The position numbers were made by a program, and so were the translations under genes. A DNA stretch of 64,000 nucleotides from assembly GCA_964477085.1 (NCBI GenBank), contig CAYZDF010000005.1, forward strand, positions 1,233 to 65,232, given 5' to 3'. The notes below the pieces were generated by a model. It did no database searches. It had not been told where the DNA came from and saw only the letters and a list, made by a program, of their open reading frames with translations. This DNA comes from an uncultured Gracilibacteraceae bacterium (GTDB lineage Bacteria > Bacillota > Desulfitobacteriia > Desulfitobacteriales > Syntrophobotulaceae). Positions within the stretch are counted from its first letter, which is position 1, and each line of letters begins with the position of its first letter. Below, one piece after another: positions 10,406-19,656 of this stretch.

Positions 10406-11278
10406 CTATCCGTTATTCTCTGCCAATTCTTCTGCGGGAACATCCCTGAGTTCTTTAGCCGGGAAGCCTTTGATGACTTTACGCGGAGATGTATCCTTGG
10501 TCACAAGAGAACCTGCAGCGACGAATGTTTCCTCTGCCACTTCCACTCCTGGGAGAAGGATGGCTCCTCCACCAATCCTTGCGCCTTTCCTGATCGTGGC
10601 TCCTTTAATGTATTGAAATCGTTTCTCAGTCCTGCCCATATAATTGTCATTAGTAGTAGTCACCATGGGAGCGATAAAGACTCGCTCCTCTATTTCCATA
10701 TAAGCAGTGATATAAGAACCGGTCTGAATCTTGGTATAAGCACCGATCTTGGTATCATTTTCCACCGCACTGCCACTGCCGACGACAACTTTATCCCCTA
10801 ATAAGCAACGTTCCCGGATCAGGGCCCGATCTCCGACAAATACGCTGTTTCCAAGTATAGTCCCTGAATAGACAACAGCCGAACAACCAATGGTACAGTT
10901 ATCCCCCACTAAAAGAGGGGAAAGATCAGCTTGTTTCTTTACCGTACTGGTAGAGGCTGCCCGCGGAGGTCTGCCGACCGCAGAATTGCTTCCGATATAG
11001 GTTCCTTCTCCAATTACAGCTTCGGGATACACGGCAGTATGATCACCAATCACCACAGCAGCTTTAACAGTTGCTCCTTCTCCGATCGTAACATGGGAGC
11101 CCAGTTTAACGTTTTTTCCAATTTGCGATCGATCAGCGATAATACACCCTGGGGAGAGAACTGAGCCGCTGCCAATGACAGCATTTTCCCCGATCATACA
11201 AAAAGGTGCTATAGAAACTTCGCTCCCAATGACGGCTGTAGCAGAAATCACCGCACTGGGGTGGATATGTACACTCAA
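10406..11278 (-). CDS. Left-handed beta-helix (hexapeptide repeat) acetyltransferase, WbpD-like
   Basis: 290 aa made of repeated [LIV]G-x4 hexapeptides (IGSEVSIAPFCMIGENAVIGSGSVL...). TTG start. Adjacent to the aminotransferase. Confidence 0.75.
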   Translation of the reverse strand: MSVHIHPSAVISATAVIGSEVSIAPFCMIGENAVIGSGSVLSPGCIIADRSQIGKNVKLGSHVTIGEGATVKAAVVIGDHTAVYPEAVIGEGTYIGSNSAVGRPPRAASTSTVKKQADLSPLLVGDNCTIGCSAVVYSGTILGNSVFVGDRALIRERCLLGDKVVVGSGSAVENDTKIGAYTKIQTGSYITAYMEIEERVFIAPMVTTTNDNYMGRTEKRFQYIKGATIRKGARIGGGAILLPGVEVAEETFVAAGSLVTKDTSPRKVIKGFPAKELRDVPAEELAENNG

Positions 11279-11422
11279 ACTAAGACCTTCTTTCCTTTTA
11301 ATCCTCTATCATTACACTATTATATCCCCTTTGGGGATACATCCTTATTCAACCCTATCGGGTCTAATTCTCGATTCCTTTTACAGTTTTATTCCTTGAA
11401 ACAGGATGTCCGTTACTTCTAT

Positions 11423-11450
11423 ATTATGACACAAAATTAGAATGAAACAA
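11423..11450 (-). promoter_or_regulatory. Candidate sigma-A promoter for the downstream half of the glycan locus
   Basis: Minus strand reads TTGTTT - 16 nt - TGtCATAAT (extended -10) in the AT-rich gap upstream of 11278. The leader contains the hairpin TATCCCCaaaGGGGATA. Confidence 0.3.
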
Positions 11451-11616
11451 ATAATGTCATTATTTATCTTTTTTATTCCAGATTTTTCTCATTTATTCAT
11501 AACAATATGCAGAACGTGTGATCACATATTCTTCAACTATAAACATAATTCTTTCATTTAAGTTATATAAATTACCGAAGACCAAATTTCCATTTATTTA
11601 CAAGGAGGATGTGTCT

Positions 11617-11814
11617 ATGATTAGGAAGTACTGCCCCCTGTGCTTGACTTACTCTTATTCGGCTTCAACAAAAAGTCCTTGGTTATGCGCAACCTGTCAA
11701 CTGGATTTATCAGCAGAACCCTTTTTACAAATCGATGAAAAAGCAGCAGCCGATACAGAGCAAAATGACCAGAAAATACCTCTCATTATATCAGAAAGCG
11801 GCTTTAGCCAATAG
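11617..11814 (+). CDS. Small CxxC...CxxC (zinc-ribbon-like) protein, unknown function
   Basis: RBS AAGGAGG lies 7 nt before ATG 11617. MIRKYCPLCLTYSYSASTKSPWLCATCQLDL... Followed by a terminator hairpin. Confidence 0.5.
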   Translation: MIRKYCPLCLTYSYSASTKSPWLCATCQLDLSAEPFLQIDEKAAADTEQNDQKIPLIISESGFSQ

Positions 11815-11832
11815 GTTAAAGCCACTTTTTTG
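11798..11832 (+). terminator. Rho-independent terminator (possibly bidirectional)
   Basis: Stem GGCTTTA (11800-11806) / TAAAGCC (11817-11823) followed by TTTTTT. Confidence 0.55.
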
Positions 11833-11871
11833 TGTAATGACGCGTTTCGAATTTGTTATTGGCTGGAATAC

Positions 11872-12114
11872 CTACATGGGAAAGCTTTCATAACGTTCCC
11901 AAGTCTCCACGATACGCACTGCCTGGTAGTAGTCATAGCCTTTACCGATCAGATAGGCTATGAGGGCGGCTTCCGTGGCAGCATGTTTCACACTCACCGG
12001 CCTGGCTTCCCTCAGACTGTGCCTGACAGCTGGCATGACCTGCATAATCACACGGTTATAGTCTGGTATCATCGGAGGTACTCCTGGGCCGGTTCCATCA
12101 TAGGGCGGTCTCAT
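11872..12114 (-). CDS. Hypothetical 80-aa protein
   Basis: RBS GGAAAGGAGA upstream of the ATG. The overlapping plus-strand ORF 11830..12252 is His/Cys/Trp-rich junk. Confidence 0.5.
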   Translation of the reverse strand: MRPPYDGTGPGVPPMIPDYNRVIMQVMPAVRHSLREARPVSVKHAATEAALIAYLIGKGYDYYQAVRIVETWERYESFPM

Positions 12115-12180
12115 ACTATATCTCCTTTCCGGCTTGGTGTGATATTACATTATGTTCACACCGGAAAGGAGGTGAATTTT

Positions 12181-13236
12181 TTACACCACAATGTCTTCGA
12201 TCAGGGGCAGCTTTACTGGCTGACCCGTTTCCTGGCATCGATATATGGCTAAAATGATCTCCAAGGCCTTGCGGCCTTCTTCGCCGGGAACTGCCGGGAG
12301 TCTCTCATCTTTAATCGCCTGAATCATATCTTCAATGATCTCTTTGTGACCGAAACCATAGACAGTAGGTGGATCATTTTCCTGGGCAGCGAAGATCTGT
12401 TCCTTTTCCTCTTCATTTTGCGGGAATTCCCAGACTTCGACTCGGTTGACAGCAATGCCGCCGATGATCACGGATCCGGTTTCACCGAAGATATTGATGG
12501 TTTCTTCAATATTTTTAGGATAGATAGTAGTAGCCGCTTCGATCAGTCCAATCGCACCATTTTTGAATTTGATGACCGCACCGGCGACATCTTCCATCTC
12601 AATTTTTCTCAGGGCTGTAGTGGTATAACCATATACGGATTCTACCGGTCCCATCATCCACTGCAGGAGATCGATATTGTGGATGGATTGATTCATCAGT
12701 ACCCCGCCATCCTGAAGCTTGGTTCCCCGCCAAGGTGCCTGGGTGTAGTATTCCTGGTTACGGTTCCAACGAACGCTGGCTTGACCATGGGTAAGCTTAC
12801 CAAAGCGACCTTTTTCCAAAGCAGTTCTTAACAGCTTAATGGATTTATTAAAACGATTCTGATGGATAACCCCCAGCTTAACACCGCATTCCTTACATGT
12901 CTTAATCAGCAAATCCGCTTCAACAAGTGTCATGGACATAGGCTTCTCCACCATCACATGCTTTCCAGCCTTTGCTGCAGCTATTCCGATCTCAGCATGG
13001 TTACCACTGGGGGTAGCGATGGTGACAACATCGATATCCTCTCTGGACAGAAGTTCGTTGTAATCCAGATAAGGCTGAGCATTATATTTGCGGGCAAACT
13101 CCTCAGCTCTTTCCGATACAATATCACAGACAGCAATCAGTTCGGCTTCTGGGATAGCCATAATGGATTCCGTATGTTTTGAGGCGATCCTGCCGCATCC
13201 AATTACACCAAAACCAAACTTTTCCTTTGTTTTCAA
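12181..13236 (-). CDS. Gfo/Idh/MocA-family NAD-dependent sugar oxidoreductase (WbpB-like)
   Basis: N-terminal Rossmann motif FGFGVIGCGRIASKH and the EKPM motif (VMVEKPMSMT) are typical of the family. Confidence 0.85.
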   Translation of the reverse strand: MKTKEKFGFGVIGCGRIASKHTESIMAIPEAELIAVCDIVSERAEEFARKYNAQPYLDYNELLSREDIDVVTIATPSGNHAEIGIAAAKAGKHVMVEKPMSMTLVEADLLIKTCKECGVKLGVIHQNRFNKSIKLLRTALEKGRFGKLTHGQASVRWNRNQEYYTQAPWRGTKLQDGGVLMNQSIHNIDLLQWMMGPVESVYGYTTTALRKIEMEDVAGAVIKFKNGAIGLIEAATTIYPKNIEETINIFGETGSVIIGGIAVNRVEVWEFPQNEEEKEQIFAAQENDPPTVYGFGHKEIIEDMIQAIKDERLPAVPGEEGRKALEIILAIYRCQETGQPVKLPLIEDIVV

Positions 13237-13250
13237 CTTCGAACAACTCC

Positions 13251-14606
13251 CTAGATTTTATAAATCTTTTCCCTCATCTTGCTTACATCTTTGGTGGCAT
13301 TGCGGGTATCCACCACAAGCTGAGAATGCTCTACGACGTAATTGTAATCAATATCACTGTGATCGGTGATAATCAGAACGCAATCAGCAGCAACAAGTTT
13401 CTCGAGGGTCAGTTCTACGCTCTCTAAGTGGATGGTACTGCCGCCATGCGGCTCGATCACTGGAATGTAGGGGTCGTGATACGTAATGTTAGCACCTTCT
13501 TTACGCAAACGCTCCATGATAATCAGAGCCGGTGATTCACGTACGTCATCAATGTCTTTCTTATAGGCAACACCCAGAATCAGGATGTTGGCATCCTTCA
13601 TCGCTTTCTTATTTTGGTTCAAGGCCCGATAGACCTTGTTGACAACATAGTAAGAAACTTCAACATTGATCTCGCCAGCCAATTCGATAAAGCGGGTATG
13701 GAAATCATACTCCCTGGCTTTCCATGTCAGATAGAAGGGATCGATCGGTATACAGTGTCCTCCTACACCTGGTCCCGGGTAGAAGGTATGGATACCAAAA
13801 GGCTTTGTGGAAGCTGCCTCGACAACCTCCCATACATCCAGACCCATCCGGTCACACAAAAGCATCATTTCATTGACCAGAGCGATATTGACAGCACGAT
13901 AGGTGTTTTCGAAAACTTTGGTAAGTTCAGCTGCACCGGGTGAACTTACAGGAACGACGTTTACTATAGTCTGCGCATATAAAGTATAGGATATCTCCAG
14001 GCAGTAAGGGGTAACGCCACCAACCACTTTAGACGTATTTTTGGTGGAAAAGCGTTTATTCCCCGGATCCACCCTCTCCGGCGAGAAGGCTAAGAAGAAA
14101 TCCAGACCGACTTTAAGTCCTGATGTTTCCAGGATTGGCAGAATGACTTCCTCGGTGGTACCGGGGTAAGTTGTACTCTCTAACGTAATCAGTTGACCCG
14201 GGCGGATATATTTGGCAATCTGTTCAGCAGAAGCTTTCATGTAAGAGATATCAGGGTCACGAGTGATGGTGAGTGGTGTAGGTACACAGATGATGATGAC
14301 ATCACAGTCTGCAATCCTGGAGAAATCTGTGGTTGCTCTGATAATCCGTTTCTCAGCTAGTTCTTTAAGTTCATGGTCTTTGACATCACCTATATAATTC
14401 TGACCAGCGTCCACCTTAGCGACTCTATCCTGGTTGATATCAAAGCCAAGCACAGGAAAGCCTACCTTCCCTTTTTCCACTGCCAAGGGCAGACCCACAT
14501 ATCCCAGACCGATAACCCCTATCTGGGCAGTATGATTCTCGACCTTTTTCTTAAGTTCCAAAGCTATTGTATCTTTCTCTGTGATGACCTGTTTGACTTG
14601 TAACAT
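13251..14606 (-). CDS. UDP-N-acetyl-D-glucosamine/mannosamine 6-dehydrogenase (WbpA/WecC/Cap5O family)
   Basis: IGVIGLGYVGLPLA NAD motif and catalytic GGHCIPIDP motif. RBS AGGAGG. Confidence 0.9.
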   Translation of the reverse strand: MLQVKQVITEKDTIALELKKKVENHTAQIGVIGLGYVGLPLAVEKGKVGFPVLGFDINQDRVAKVDAGQNYIGDVKDHELKELAEKRIIRATTDFSRIADCDVIIICVPTPLTITRDPDISYMKASAEQIAKYIRPGQLITLESTTYPGTTEEVILPILETSGLKVGLDFFLAFSPERVDPGNKRFSTKNTSKVVGGVTPYCLEISYTLYAQTIVNVVPVSSPGAAELTKVFENTYRAVNIALVNEMMLLCDRMGLDVWEVVEAASTKPFGIHTFYPGPGVGGHCIPIDPFYLTWKAREYDFHTRFIELAGEINVEVSYYVVNKVYRALNQNKKAMKDANILILGVAYKKDIDDVRESPALIIMERLRKEGANITYHDPYIPVIEPHGGSTIHLESVELTLEKLVAADCVLIITDHSDIDYNYVVEHSQLVVDTRNATKDVSKMREKIYKI

Positions 14607-14662
14607 GGACAGGTACCTCCTTAATATATCTCTGACGTTGCGTGGGGTGGTTGAGAGTTGAT

Positions 14663-16510
14663 CTAGTCTCCTGTTTTCTGTCTGAAGGTAGGAATCAACT
14701 GCCGGATGGCATCTTCTATCTCTTCCCTTGCCAGATAACTTCCGCGCTCACGTATCGTCTCCAAGAGCTGTGCGATATCGTCACTTTGAATATGATTGGG
14801 TCTGGCTACAAAGATACGTTTATGTTTGGTAGCCGTGGTTCCCTCTTCCGAGGTGAGCAGTTCTTCGAAGAGTTTTTCACCGGGCCTGATACCCGTAAAT
14901 TCAATCTTGATATCTTTATCCGGTTCTAATCCAGACAGACGGATCAGGTCTTTGGCCAGGTTGACGATCTTAACCGGTTTACCCATATCGAGAATAAAGA
15001 TCTCACCCCCTGAAGCCATGGCACCGGCCTGAATGACCAACTGACTGGCTTCGGGTATCGTCATAAAGTAGCGGGTCATGTTAGGATCCGTAACAGTCAC
15101 CGGGCCACCCGCACTTATCTGCTTTTTAAAAGTAGGAATAACACTGCCTCTGCTTCCCAGGACATTTCCGAAACGGACTGCAACAAACTTAGTCTCTGAT
15201 CTTCGGTGGAAGTCTTGAATGATCATCTCTGCGATACGCTTGGAAGCACCCATCACACTGGTAGGATTCACGGCCTTATCTGTCGAAATTAGGACGAAGG
15301 TTTTGACACCGACCCGATCAGCTGCTGCAGCCAGATTATATGTACCCAGGATGTTATTTTTCAACGCTTCCTCAGGATTACCCTCCATCAAGGGCACATG
15401 CTTGTGGGCTGCGGCATGAAAGATAACAGAAGGCTTGTACCTCTCAAAAACAAGTTGAACCTTTTCCCGATCCTTGATATCGAAAATCTCGGTCGCAACG
15501 GGATGCGCCTTGAGCTCCTGCTCTATATCAAAAATACTATTCTCCCCATGGCCGGTGAAGATAAGTTTAGCGGGATGGAATCGAACAATCTGCCTGCAGA
15601 GTTCGGAGCCAATCGAACCTCCGGCCCCAGTTACCAGAACAGTCTGGCCTTTTAAATACTCAGCGACTTCGTCCAGGTCAAGCGATACAGGCTCACGTCC
15701 CAGGAGATCTTCCACCTGCACTTCACGAATCGAGCTTACCGTTAATTTTCCGCTGAGGATATCGTGCACACCCGGTAGGATTTTCAGAGTAGAAGCCTTG
15801 GTCTCTTTACATATTTCAACGATTTCCCTGATGGCATCCCCCGATGCTGAGGGAATGGCAATAATAATCTCATCGACATCATATTGTTCGACTACCCTGG
15901 GAATATCTTCTCTCGCTCCCAAAACGGGAAAACCCTGAAGATGAAGATTGATTTTATTCTTACTGTCATCAATAAATCCGACAGGCATTCCTTCATGGAA
16001 GTCTCTTTTTTTGAGTTCGCGCAGAGCAAGCACTCCGGCATCTCCGGCTCCAATTATGAGTACTTTGCGTTGGTCTTTATTTCTAACGGTAAAGATGGAG
16101 TTCTCCTGTCTTATGCGCTGACTAAAGCGGAATCCTCCTGAGAAGAAGATGACCAATAACAGAAACAGGACGCTTACCGAATGGGGCAGTCTCATGGGGG
16201 AAATAAAATAAACGACGGAAACCGTAACAGCAGCACCAACTACCACCGCATAGACGATGGACAGAAGTTCTCCTACACTGGCGTACCGCCAGATGTTGCG
16301 ATATAGACCAAAAAGATGAAAACATACTAAAAGTACAACTGTCGCAACCAATGCTGCATTCTGGTAAGTCTTCACATATTCTGCAGGCAGACTATCTTCA
16401 AAACGAAGATAAAAACTCCCAAAAAGCGCTAGGTTAATCAAAAGGGCATCGAGAAGCATGAAAAAGAAGGTCCGTTTGGGATGTGACACTATTCTTTCCT
16501 TCCTTTCCAC
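14663..16510 (-). CDS. Membrane-anchored polysaccharide biosynthesis protein CapD/PglF-like (UDP-GlcNAc 4,6-dehydratase family)
   Basis: N-terminal TM helices followed by two Rossmann motifs (LIIGAGDAG, LVTGAGGSIGSEL). The true start may be an internal GTG a few codons in. Confidence 0.85.
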   Translation of the reverse strand: MERKERIVSHPKRTFFFMLLDALLINLALFGSFYLRFEDSLPAEYVKTYQNAALVATVVLLVCFHLFGLYRNIWRYASVGELLSIVYAVVVGAAVTVSVVYFISPMRLPHSVSVLFLLLVIFFSGGFRFSQRIRQENSIFTVRNKDQRKVLIIGAGDAGVLALRELKKRDFHEGMPVGFIDDSKNKINLHLQGFPVLGAREDIPRVVEQYDVDEIIIAIPSASGDAIREIVEICKETKASTLKILPGVHDILSGKLTVSSIREVQVEDLLGREPVSLDLDEVAEYLKGQTVLVTGAGGSIGSELCRQIVRFHPAKLIFTGHGENSIFDIEQELKAHPVATEIFDIKDREKVQLVFERYKPSVIFHAAAHKHVPLMEGNPEEALKNNILGTYNLAAAADRVGVKTFVLISTDKAVNPTSVMGASKRIAEMIIQDFHRRSETKFVAVRFGNVLGSRGSVIPTFKKQISAGGPVTVTDPNMTRYFMTIPEASQLVIQAGAMASGGEIFILDMGKPVKIVNLAKDLIRLSGLEPDKDIKIEFTGIRPGEKLFEELLTSEEGTTATKHKRIFVARPNHIQSDDIAQLLETIRERGSYLAREEIEDAIRQLIPTFRQKTGD

Positions 16511-16582
16511 TTAGAATGAGTTTTTACCGTTTATCAGTTTACTACAGTTTCCCCTAATTTACAATCAAGGAGACCTTTAAAG

Positions 16583-16636
16583 GAGACAAGGGGGGGAGAC
16601 AAGGGGGGGAGACAAGGGGACGGTTCTCTTGTCTCA
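16583..16636. repeat. Left REP-like array: 3 x GAGACAAGGGG(GG) ending in an imperfect hairpin
   Basis: GAGACAAGGGGGGGAGACAAGGGGGGGAGACAAGGGGACGGTTCTCTTGTCTC. The last 27 nt are the reverse complement, with one mismatch, of 17549-17575. Confidence 0.8.
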
Positions 16637-16653
16637 CTTGTATCGTTTACTAA

Positions 16654-17436
16654 TTAATCTTTAAGGAATCTGTTAACTTTACTCTTATCTATCTCAGCGA
16701 TCTCAGCAATTTTCCTGATTGATAAACCTGATTGCTCTTTGAATTGTATAATGATTTCTCGCAGAACTGTTCTTGGTACTGTATCCTCACTTTTTATCTG
16801 CCTGTTACCTAGTATCTCAAGGAATAACTTCTTCGCCTCGTTCTCATCCAGGGAGTCCTTTTCATCAAGGTCAAGATAAGACTCAGACGATTCGAAATTC
16901 ATAAATTCAACAAATAGTTTCTTAGCTTTCTGTGGCTGTTGGTCAAATAACTCTAGTATGATCTCCTTATCAACGATAGGGTGCCTGGGGACTTCTTGGT
17001 TGACATAAGCATGGTAGGAACTCCATGGGTATTCTCTGATATCATTAACTATTCCAGCTTTGAGAGGATTTCGATGAATATACCTGGCTAAGGAAAGTAA
17101 ATAGCTATCACTACCAACCACTTCGCTTCGGAAACGGTCCTGAAACAAATGACCAACGCGCTTATATTTTTTATTGAAATAATGAACATAACTAACATTT
17201 ATTTTTTGCATAATTCTAGCTATCTCTTCCATTTCTTCTTTAATCAACAGATGGACATGATTGTCCATGAAACAATAGGCTAATAAAAGGAAAGCATCAT
17301 TTTGCTTTTTGAAGTATAGTGTCTGTAAAAATCTGTCTTTATCCTCAGCATCAAGGAATATATCTTTCCTTTCATTTCCTCGAATCATGACATGGTAGTA
17401 TCCAGTATCACTTTTTAATCTTTGAATTCTCGGCAT
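16654..17436 (-). CDS. Y1 (HUH) transposase of the IS200-like / REP-associated (RayT-like) type with C-terminal HTH
   Basis: MPRIQRLKSDTGYYHVMIRGNERKDIF...AYCFMDNHVHLLI (HuH motif)...ARYIHRNPLKAGIV (catalytic Tyr region). C-terminal SIRKIAEIAEIDKSKVNRFLK looks like an HTH. Confidence 0.8.
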   Translation of the reverse strand: MPRIQRLKSDTGYYHVMIRGNERKDIFLDAEDKDRFLQTLYFKKQNDAFLLLAYCFMDNHVHLLIKEEMEEIARIMQKINVSYVHYFNKKYKRVGHLFQDRFRSEVVGSDSYLLSLARYIHRNPLKAGIVNDIREYPWSSYHAYVNQEVPRHPIVDKEIILELFDQQPQKAKKLFVEFMNFESSESYLDLDEKDSLDENEAKKLFLEILGNRQIKSEDTVPRTVLREIIIQFKEQSGLSIRKIAEIAEIDKSKVNRFLKD

Positions 17437-17538
17437 TATTCATCACCAAGAACATTGTAAGTTGGATATATTTTCCATGTCAACAAAAACCTACAAATTT
17501 TATTTAAAGTCTTTGATTTAAAAAAACAAGATAAAAAT

Positions 17539-17645
17539 GAGACAAAGGGAGACAAAAGAACCGTCCCCTTGTCTCACCTCACCCTTGTCTCACTTGTCTC
17601 AGTCCCCTTGTCTCAGTCTCACCCTTGTCTCACTTGTCTCAGTCT
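17539..17645. repeat. Right REP-like array: hairpin plus about six copies of CCCTTGTCTCA, inverted relative to the left array
   Basis: GAGACAAAAGAACCGTCCCCTTGTCTC followed by repeated (CC)CTTGTCTCA units. A 27-nt block CTCACCCTTGTCTCACTTGTCTCAGTC is duplicated 40 nt apart (17578-17604 and 17618-17644). Confidence 0.8.
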
Positions 17646-17651
17646 TTGTTG

Positions 17652-19304
17652 TCAGATCTTTTGATTATTAAGTATAGTTTTAATCTTGATGATACTTCTG
17701 TCAGTTATGGCTGAAGGACCGCCGATGGCTTCAAGTTGTACGTTACTGGGTAGTGTTTGAATGTACTTTTCTGTGGTTGAACCCGTTCCTGGACCGTCGG
17801 GTGAGATGAGGAGAATCGGTGAACCAGTCTTGGATGCCAGAGCAGCACCTGCTAAAGCATCAGGAAAGTTGTTTCCTGTTACCAGGAAAATCTTCATGAT
17901 GTCAGGGTATAATCCTTGAAGAATTTGGGTTGATGTTTCATAGCGGTCTTTTCCAGAAAATCGTGTAATATTTTCCTGAGTTAAACCGGTTACTTCCTGT
18001 ACCTTCTGGACGAGTTCGGATGAAACAACTTGTTCCCCGCCGGCGACGTATACGAAACTCGGGCTTAAGTTTCTTAGAACACCTTCTGTTGACTCTGGAA
18101 GTTTGTCTTTATCCACGAGCAGTAAGGGGTAACTCTCAGCTGCAGCCGCTGAAGCCAGACTTAGGGCATCTGGGAAGTTGCAGCCGGTAGCGATCGCTAC
18201 TCCACTGGCTTGGGGAAATTGGGCAGCGATCAAAGCAGCAGTCTCAAACCTGTCCTTCCCTGCTATCCTCTGGAAATCATCAGTCCAGTAAAGTAATTCC
18301 TTCAGTTGATTTTCCACATGATCGGAGATAGCTGATTTACCTCCGAGGATAATGATTTTGAGGGGCTTTAATCGGAGTAAAGCTTCTTGAACTCTAGGAT
18401 CGAGGCTATTGCTTGGTGTGATTAGGATGGGTGCATTATACTTCTTGGCTAAAGATGCTCCGGCCAAGGCATCTGGGAAATCCTCAGACTTGGCAATAAC
18501 TACGGTTTCGGTACCATATGGCCACCCTTGTTCTGCTATCTTTACCGTTGTATCAATACGGTCTGTACCCGAAATTCTTGGCACCGTTTGCAGTAAAGCT
18601 AATTCTGCACTACTGAATACAGGAGCAGCCATCTTGTAAGCAGCATAATGAATTGGCTGAGGCGTGTTCCAGGTTACGCCCTTCGATGGTACTGTTCCTG
18701 CCGGCAAAGAAGATTTGGGAACCGGCGTAATGCGAACAGGTGTGACAACACCCTTGTGAAATTCTTTAGCAATCAAATCAAGAATCTTATCCTGGTATGC
18801 TATTCTGCCCGCAGCTGCTGCATTATTGGGATTATTGCGTGTTGACCAGGTATTGTAAGCCCAGATGGCAAAGTACCAGTTCTCAAGCTTGGCCTTGTCA
18901 CCATCTCCTATCTGCGGTGTCATATTCCACTTAGAGATAAGGACGTCTGCGCCATAAGCAATGTTGAATTCTATATCATTTTTTAATTTACTGACGAAAG
19001 CAGTATCTGCAGGGTTATAGGTTCCAACCTGCATAATACCAAGATAAGGTGTTCGGCTGGCATAGTTGGCAACCACGTTTCCGTTACTATCCCATTGACG
19101 CCATCCTGATTCAACATAAGCGATAGCTTTGAGAATCTCGGCGGGAACTTGCTTTTCTTGAGCAACTTTATCAAAGATCTTGGCTATCTCTTCCAAAGAG
19201 GGGTTTTGTCCAGCATTGGCCGCACGAGGAATACCGGGTAATACCAGGCAAACAATGAGGAGTATAGTAAGAATCATTTTTAAATTTCTTTTCTGATTAC
19301 TCAT
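17652..19304 (-). CDS. Secreted cell-wall protein: N-terminal lytic-transglycosylase-like (SLT) domain + 3 CWB2 cell-wall-binding repeats
   Basis: Signal peptide. AIAYVESGWRQW...LGIMQV...NIAYGA motifs. Three repeats of the RISGxDRxxT...FPDALAGAxLA...PILL type. Confidence 0.7.
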   Translation of the reverse strand: MSNQKRNLKMILTILLIVCLVLPGIPRAANAGQNPSLEEIAKIFDKVAQEKQVPAEILKAIAYVESGWRQWDSNGNVVANYASRTPYLGIMQVGTYNPADTAFVSKLKNDIEFNIAYGADVLISKWNMTPQIGDGDKAKLENWYFAIWAYNTWSTRNNPNNAAAAGRIAYQDKILDLIAKEFHKGVVTPVRITPVPKSSLPAGTVPSKGVTWNTPQPIHYAAYKMAAPVFSSAELALLQTVPRISGTDRIDTTVKIAEQGWPYGTETVVIAKSEDFPDALAGASLAKKYNAPILITPSNSLDPRVQEALLRLKPLKIIILGGKSAISDHVENQLKELLYWTDDFQRIAGKDRFETAALIAAQFPQASGVAIATGCNFPDALSLASAAAAESYPLLLVDKDKLPESTEGVLRNLSPSFVYVAGGEQVVSSELVQKVQEVTGLTQENITRFSGKDRYETSTQILQGLYPDIMKIFLVTGNNFPDALAGAALASKTGSPILLISPDGPGTGSTTEKYIQTLPSNVQLEAIGGPSAITDRSIIKIKTILNNQKI

Positions 19305-19561
19305 TTTGCCTCCATAAATTATAAATAAGATGATTAAAGATGGTAATAATCGAAATCAACACGTAGCAGAATTAAACCTTATCCGTTAAGCCTGGGATAA
19401 ACATTTAACATAAAATATTCGTTATTAACAACTGATTTCCTTTAATCAATTATTTCCAACTCTTAATCCATACTGAGTTGTCATCGGAATACTTGTCTGG
19501 TATAACGTATTCACGGTTGTAAAGAATGTGCCGGTATATGCCAGTGTCTTCTATTGTTTGT

Positions 19562-19602
19562 CAAAAAAATGCCCAGCTAAGTGTGATAACTTGGTCGGGC
19601 AT
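19562..19602 (-). terminator. Rho-independent terminator after the upstream paralogue
   Basis: Minus strand reads ATGCCCGACC..loop..GCTGGGCAT followed by TTTTTTT. Confidence 0.6.
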
Positions 19603-19656
19603 TGTCTGGCTCTTAATGATTCTTGGTTATAAGGCTTTGCTCTTTGATTATTGTTG

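Noticed and set aside
11830-12252. 140-aa plus-strand ORF
   Set aside because: Its composition is rich in His, Cys and Trp and it has no RBS. It overlaps the better-signalled minus-strand 80-aa ORF and the 3' end of the oxidoreductase gene.
16560-17650. Short tandem repeats flanking the Y1 transposase, considered as a possible CRISPR array
   Set aside because: The units are 11-13 nt, contiguous or nearly so, with no spacers of CRISPR size. The two arrays are inverted around a transposase gene, so they are REP/IS-end-like rather than CRISPR.
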